Positions 60,444 to 64,000 of a stretch of DNA of 64,000 nt are shown piece after piece. The first letter of the stretch is position 1; every line of letters starts with the position of its first letter. The position numbers and the translations under genes are program-made. The DNA is from a virus (Duplodnaviria; Caudoviricetes), in the IMG/VR virus record IMGVR_UViG_3300029288_000065, positions 64,001 through 128,000 of that record. One strand, given 5' to 3'. The notes under the pieces are model-generated. The model was not told where the DNA came from. It searched no databases and saw only the letters and a program-made list of their open reading frames with translations.

Positions 60444-60859
60444 TTTCGTTCCCCGAAATCTTTAAAATTATCCAGTACGTTACAGGCTTTGCTTCTTAAT
60501 TTTTTATGGTGTTCGATGCATTTTAGTGACGCATTTGTTATTCGTTCGCACTCGCTCGTGACATATTGTTTTATACTTTCAGCTGCTTCGTGAAAACAAT
60601 TGGGGTTTGCCATTTCGAATGTTAAATATTGTGTTTCACCATCAGAGCTGGTATTCAGATTGAAAACTAATAATAAATCACCTTCCACACTAATGGTTAT
60701 TTTTATAATAATTTTTGCAATATCATAATAATTATCCTTTAAACAGATTATTATTTCTTCGTAGGAATAATTTTTCTTGATTTCGAAAATGTCTGGGAGT
60801 CGTTTTTGTATTTCTGCCCAGATTTCGTTTATTATGGGGATTAGGGGGGTGTTATGCAT
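60440..60859 (-). CDS. Hypothetical protein (FEMANP motif)
   Basis: Start MHNTP directly after tRNA CCA. Confidence 0.55.
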   Translation of the reverse strand: MHNTPLIPIINEIWAEIQKRLPDIFEIKKNYSYEEIIICLKDNYYDIAKIIIKITISVEGDLLLVFNLNTSSDGETQYLTFEMANPNCFHEAAESIKQYVTSECERITNASLKCIEHHKKLRSKACNVLDNFKDFGERK

Positions 60860-60862
60860 ATT

Positions 60863-60938
60863 TGGCGCTTCCGGAGGGAATCGAACCCCCAACACACTGA
60901 TTTAGATTCAGCTGCTCTACCAATTGAGCTACGGAAGC
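60863..60938 (-). tRNA. Amber suppressor tRNA (anticodon CUA)
   Basis: 76 nt: GCUUCCG UA GCUC AAUUGGUA GAGC A GCUGA AU-CUA-AA UCAGU GUGUU GGGGG UUCGAUU CCCUC CGGAAGC G CCA. Confidence 0.88.
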
Positions 60939-60973
60939 GTCGTTCATAAGTATATATTATCGAGGAGACCAAA

Positions 60974-61459
60974 ATGGGAAAATCAATACCAACCAACCTC
61001 AAGAAATTAGCACAGCTAAAAATCAAAATTGATATACTAACTGAGAAGTACGAAAAAGACAAAGAATCCTACCAAAAACAACTCACGGAGCCAGGAGAAC
61101 GACTGGTAGATATAGACTCTGGACTTGCTTTAGTAATGATCCAAACCGAAAGACGACAATTTAATATTGAAGGTGTTAAAGCCAATGGAGGACAAGACTG
61201 CGTAGAAGAATCAGTAAGTGCAAAGAAATTTGATGCCAAATTCAAGAAAGGTGAGAAATATCTCCTCTCAGAAGACAAGATACAGGCTTGTTTCACGACA
61301 ACCAAACAAGCACCTTATATGAATTGGGAAGGACTTAAGGAATATCGAAGGAAAATTGAATCGATCCTCCAAAATACTGTAGGAAAAGTAATTAAAGAAG
61401 AGGAAAAACCCAATGCCAAGCCCAAAACCAATTCAGAGAACGGTATTGAAACTACCTGA
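60974..61459 (+). CDS. Hypothetical protein
   Basis: GAGGAG SD; Lys/Glu-rich. Confidence 0.55.
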   Translation: MGKSIPTNLKKLAQLKIKIDILTEKYEKDKESYQKQLTEPGERLVDIDSGLALVMIQTERRQFNIEGVKANGGQDCVEESVSAKKFDAKFKKGEKYLLSEDKIQACFTTTKQAPYMNWEGLKEYRRKIESILQNTVGKVIKEEEKPNAKPKTNSENGIETT

Positions 61460-61670
61460 ATCACTCCAGAGTAACAATATAGCTCTAAGTCTAAACCGAG
61501 AGCAAGCCACTATGCTCCTAAAAGGATTGGAAAGCCTTTCCGAAGACCAAAAGAAGACCGTAGTGTTTGCCAAGATGAAACGAGATCTCGAAAGTATTGT
61601 TGTAATCTGGGATAGACGAATTAAGAATACAAAACTTATTGAAGCTGAAAATGCTAAAAACACTAAATAG
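61413..61670 (+). CDS. Hypothetical protein
   Basis: ORF with GAGG SD. Confidence 0.5.
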   Translation: MPSPKPIQRTVLKLPESLQSNNIALSLNREQATMLLKGLESLSEDQKKTVVFAKMKRDLESIVVIWDRRIKNTKLIEAENAKNTK

Positions 61671-62361
61671 GATTCTTACATCCTAATCCACAATTGGTAC
61701 ACTTCTGATCTAGTGTTAGAGTGAAATCATGTACAGTATAATTTAAGCCCCAAGATTTGGCTTGAATAGCATAATCTAATGGAGTTGAGATCATTTTCCA
61801 CATAACTGGTTTCCGCCCGAGAAGAATCCATTCTCTAAATTCTGAATCTTTGAATCCGTCAGAAACCATTTTTTCAAATGTCCCCCATGGTTTCCTACTT
61901 TCCAGAACTTGTTGATAACGGTTTATTGATGGCATCCAAGATGATACAACCATCGCATAATAGATAGTCGAAATTTTCCAATCTCTAATCCTCCACCACG
62001 CCCCATAAATCTTGGCAGATCCTAAGAGATTTTCCAAGTCCAAAGTCCAATCAAATTTGGGGATAAATCTACGAGACCACTTCACAAGAATTTCATGATG
62101 TTGACTTGAACACCAATGTAGACCTGCCAGCATTGATGCCACATCACCAACCTGGTGTCCAAATCTTATTGGTGACCCACGGTATGTGGCTCCATACTTG
62201 TAAGCCAAATTCCGAACTGAATCAAAATTCCCATCGTCGTGGACCAATATAGGAATTTTTGGGAAAAACCGTTTCGCAGATTCCAAGAAAAGATGAGTAT
62301 AAGCTGGAGATCCAAAGGTTGAATATACCGTCCCAAAACGCATTTCCACATCCTTTATCAA
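61663..62361 (-). CDS. GT2-like glycosyltransferase-related protein
   Basis: ILVHDDG; GH..GD; start probably MRFGT. Confidence 0.5.
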   Translation of the reverse strand: MIKDVEMRFGTVYSTFGSPAYTHLFLESAKRFFPKIPILVHDDGNFDSVRNLAYKYGATYRGSPIRFGHQVGDVASMLAGLHWCSSQHHEILVKWSRRFIPKFDWTLDLENLLGSAKIYGAWWRIRDWKISTIYYAMVVSSWMPSINRYQQVLESRKPWGTFEKMVSDGFKDSEFREWILLGRKPVMWKMISTPLDYAIQAKSWGLNYTVHDFTLTLDQKCTNCGLGCKNPI

Positions 62362-62397
62362 TATATTTGATTATAAATATAAAAAAGAGGTTTATCT

Positions 62398-63219
62398 TTG
62401 ATGTTAAAATCAATTAAAACTTGTATTCCGAGATTAAGAAAACGACCAGAAGTTAAACTCAATATCTTAGAAAAAAGAAACCCAATAATATATGTATATA
62501 CTATTGCTTATAATGAAGAGGTAATGATACCATTTTGGTTAAGACATTATTCAAAATTTGCAACTAAATTGATAATTTATGATAATTTTTCAACAGATTC
62601 AACGAGACAAATAATTACATCATTTCCTAACACTGAGATTAAACAATTCGATACCAAAAACACACTTGATGAAAATAATTTACTTAAAATTAAAAATGAA
62701 TGTTATAAAGAAGCGAGAGGATATGCCGATTTGGTCATCGTCTGTGATGTTGACGAAATTCTCTACCATCAGGATATAATTGGTTTTTTAAAATATTGTT
62801 TGGAACAAAAAATTACATTCCCACGGGTTCTGGGGTTTCAGATGGTTGGGAAACAAGTTCCAACATTTGGACAGATTTATGACCACATAAAAACAGGTGT
62901 CGAATTTGAACGTGAATCGAAACATATCATTTTTGATCCGTTGTTAGATATTAATTTTACAACTGGTGCGCACGAGTGTAATCCTATTGGGGCAATCAAG
63001 TCATCTGAAGATTCTTTTTTATTATTACATTATAAATTCTTATCTCTAGATTTCGTAATTAAACGATATAATCTACTATGTAGTAGATTATCTGAAAATA
63101 ATAAAACGAGAAAATGGGGATGGGAATATCAAGTTACAAATAATCAAATTAAGAATTGGTATTTTGATTTATTGAAGAAATCCAAAAATATTTTAGAAAG
63201 AGAATGGAAGAGATATTGA
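62398..63219 (+). CDS. GT2 family glycosyltransferase
   Basis: AYNEE..IPFWLRHY, YDNFSTDST, CDVDE, LLHYK. Confidence 0.82.
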   Translation: MMLKSIKTCIPRLRKRPEVKLNILEKRNPIIYVYTIAYNEEVMIPFWLRHYSKFATKLIIYDNFSTDSTRQIITSFPNTEIKQFDTKNTLDENNLLKIKNECYKEARGYADLVIVCDVDEILYHQDIIGFLKYCLEQKITFPRVLGFQMVGKQVPTFGQIYDHIKTGVEFERESKHIIFDPLLDINFTTGAHECNPIGAIKSSEDSFLLLHYKFLSLDFVIKRYNLLCSRLSENNKTRKWGWEYQVTNNQIKNWYFDLLKKSKNILEREWKRY

Positions 63220-63232
63220 TCAAAGATCATAT

Positions 63233-63991
63233 ATGTTAAAGTCAGTATTCCAAAAACCTGGATTTCCACCTCTGAGAAAAATTATCCCAAATCAAGAAAC
63301 AAACAAAATTAGATATAACAAAAATTTTGAAATAGATATAGTTGAATTTTGTTCATTATCATGTTTAAATTGTAATAGGTCATGTGCATCCCATCAAGCA
63401 CCATCCAATCGATTTATCTCTATTGATGCTATAAAAGATTTTCTTCATCAAGTGAAAATATTTAAATGGGATTTAGAAAATATACATATTGTTGGTGGTG
63501 AACCAACTCTTCATCCACAATTTTTCCAATTATTAGAAATACTACAAAAATCAGGTATCCCAAATTTACAATTAACCTTAATTACAAATGGATATAGTGA
63601 AAAAACCAAACAAATTTTAAATCAAGTTCCAAAATCAATTAAGATTTTAAATTCAAAGAAAACCTCAAATATACAGAAAAATTTCGTATCATTCAATGTT
63701 GCGCCAATTGACCTTGAAGATTTCAAGGGATCCAATTTTTCGCAAGGGTGTCAAATTTCAGCAAAATGTGGATATGGTCTTGGCGTGTCTGGTTTTTACC
63801 CATGTTGTGTAGCGGCTGGAATAGATAGAGTATTCAAGTTTAATCTTCAGCAATCTTCTTTACAAAGTCTAACAACACAATGGTATAATAAAACTTGCTC
63901 TATTCTGTGCCGTTTTTGCGGTCATTTTCATGGGAAATCTCACTTTGATCCAAATTTTAAATCTCAATCATGGGTGAAAGCATATGGATAA
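63233..63991 (+). CDS. Radical SAM protein with Cys-rich C-terminus
   Basis: CSLSCLNC, GGEPTLHP, ITNG; C-terminal YPCC...CRFC. Confidence 0.88.
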   Translation: MLKSVFQKPGFPPLRKIIPNQETNKIRYNKNFEIDIVEFCSLSCLNCNRSCASHQAPSNRFISIDAIKDFLHQVKIFKWDLENIHIVGGEPTLHPQFFQLLEILQKSGIPNLQLTLITNGYSEKTKQILNQVPKSIKILNSKKTSNIQKNFVSFNVAPIDLEDFKGSNFSQGCQISAKCGYGLGVSGFYPCCVAAGIDRVFKFNLQQSSLQSLTTQWYNKTCSILCRFCGHFHGKSHFDPNFKSQSWVKAYG

Positions 63992-64000
63992 GTTTCAACA

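Noticed and set aside
60863-60938. tRNA-Pyl
   Set aside because: Normal D-loop with GG, UUCG T-loop, 5-nt variable loop and 5-bp anticodon stem; no pyl genes seen
1-64000. Genome-wide TAG reassignment (code 15)
   Set aside because: Coding density is high under code 11 and many genes end in TAG followed by out-of-frame starts or a second stop; only Pth2 shows an internal TAG
1-64000. CRISPR array, integrase, transposase, reverse transcriptase/DGR
   Set aside because: No regularly spaced repeats or recognisable catalytic motifs seen; PEP-type repeats are protein-coding low complexity

Overview
AT-rich, gene-dense 64-kb segment with frequent strand switches, most consistent with a large (jumbo) tailed phage genome; host unknown (weak hints of Planctomycetes/PVC). 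It holds virion structural genes (gpI-like baseplate protein, tail-collar-like protein, two collagen-containing fibre paralogues, a dockerin-like protein, an Asp-box propeller), acidic Pro/Glu-rich putative head proteins, nucleotide enzymes (adenosine deaminase-like, dUTPase, MazG-like, Nudix), RarA, and about 20 dispersed glycan-synthesis genes (Gmd, Fcl, GT10 fucosyltransferase, several GT2/4/8/9-like, methyltransferases, radical SAM). The most unusual locus (58.6-60.9 kb, minus strand) is missed by the ORF track. It combines a 76-nt tRNA with a CUA (amber) anticodon, a peptidyl-tRNA hydrolase (Pth2 family) gene split by one in-frame TAG, a 172-nt tRNA-shaped RNA with a much enlarged D-loop and anticodon arm, and a hairpin covering the upstream ribosome-binding site, although TAG still acts as a normal stop elsewhere in the window. 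About 12 small accessory proteins share a short [DE]-x-A-[DN]-P-x-x-D-P motif. All calls come from visual motif recognition; no database searches were run.
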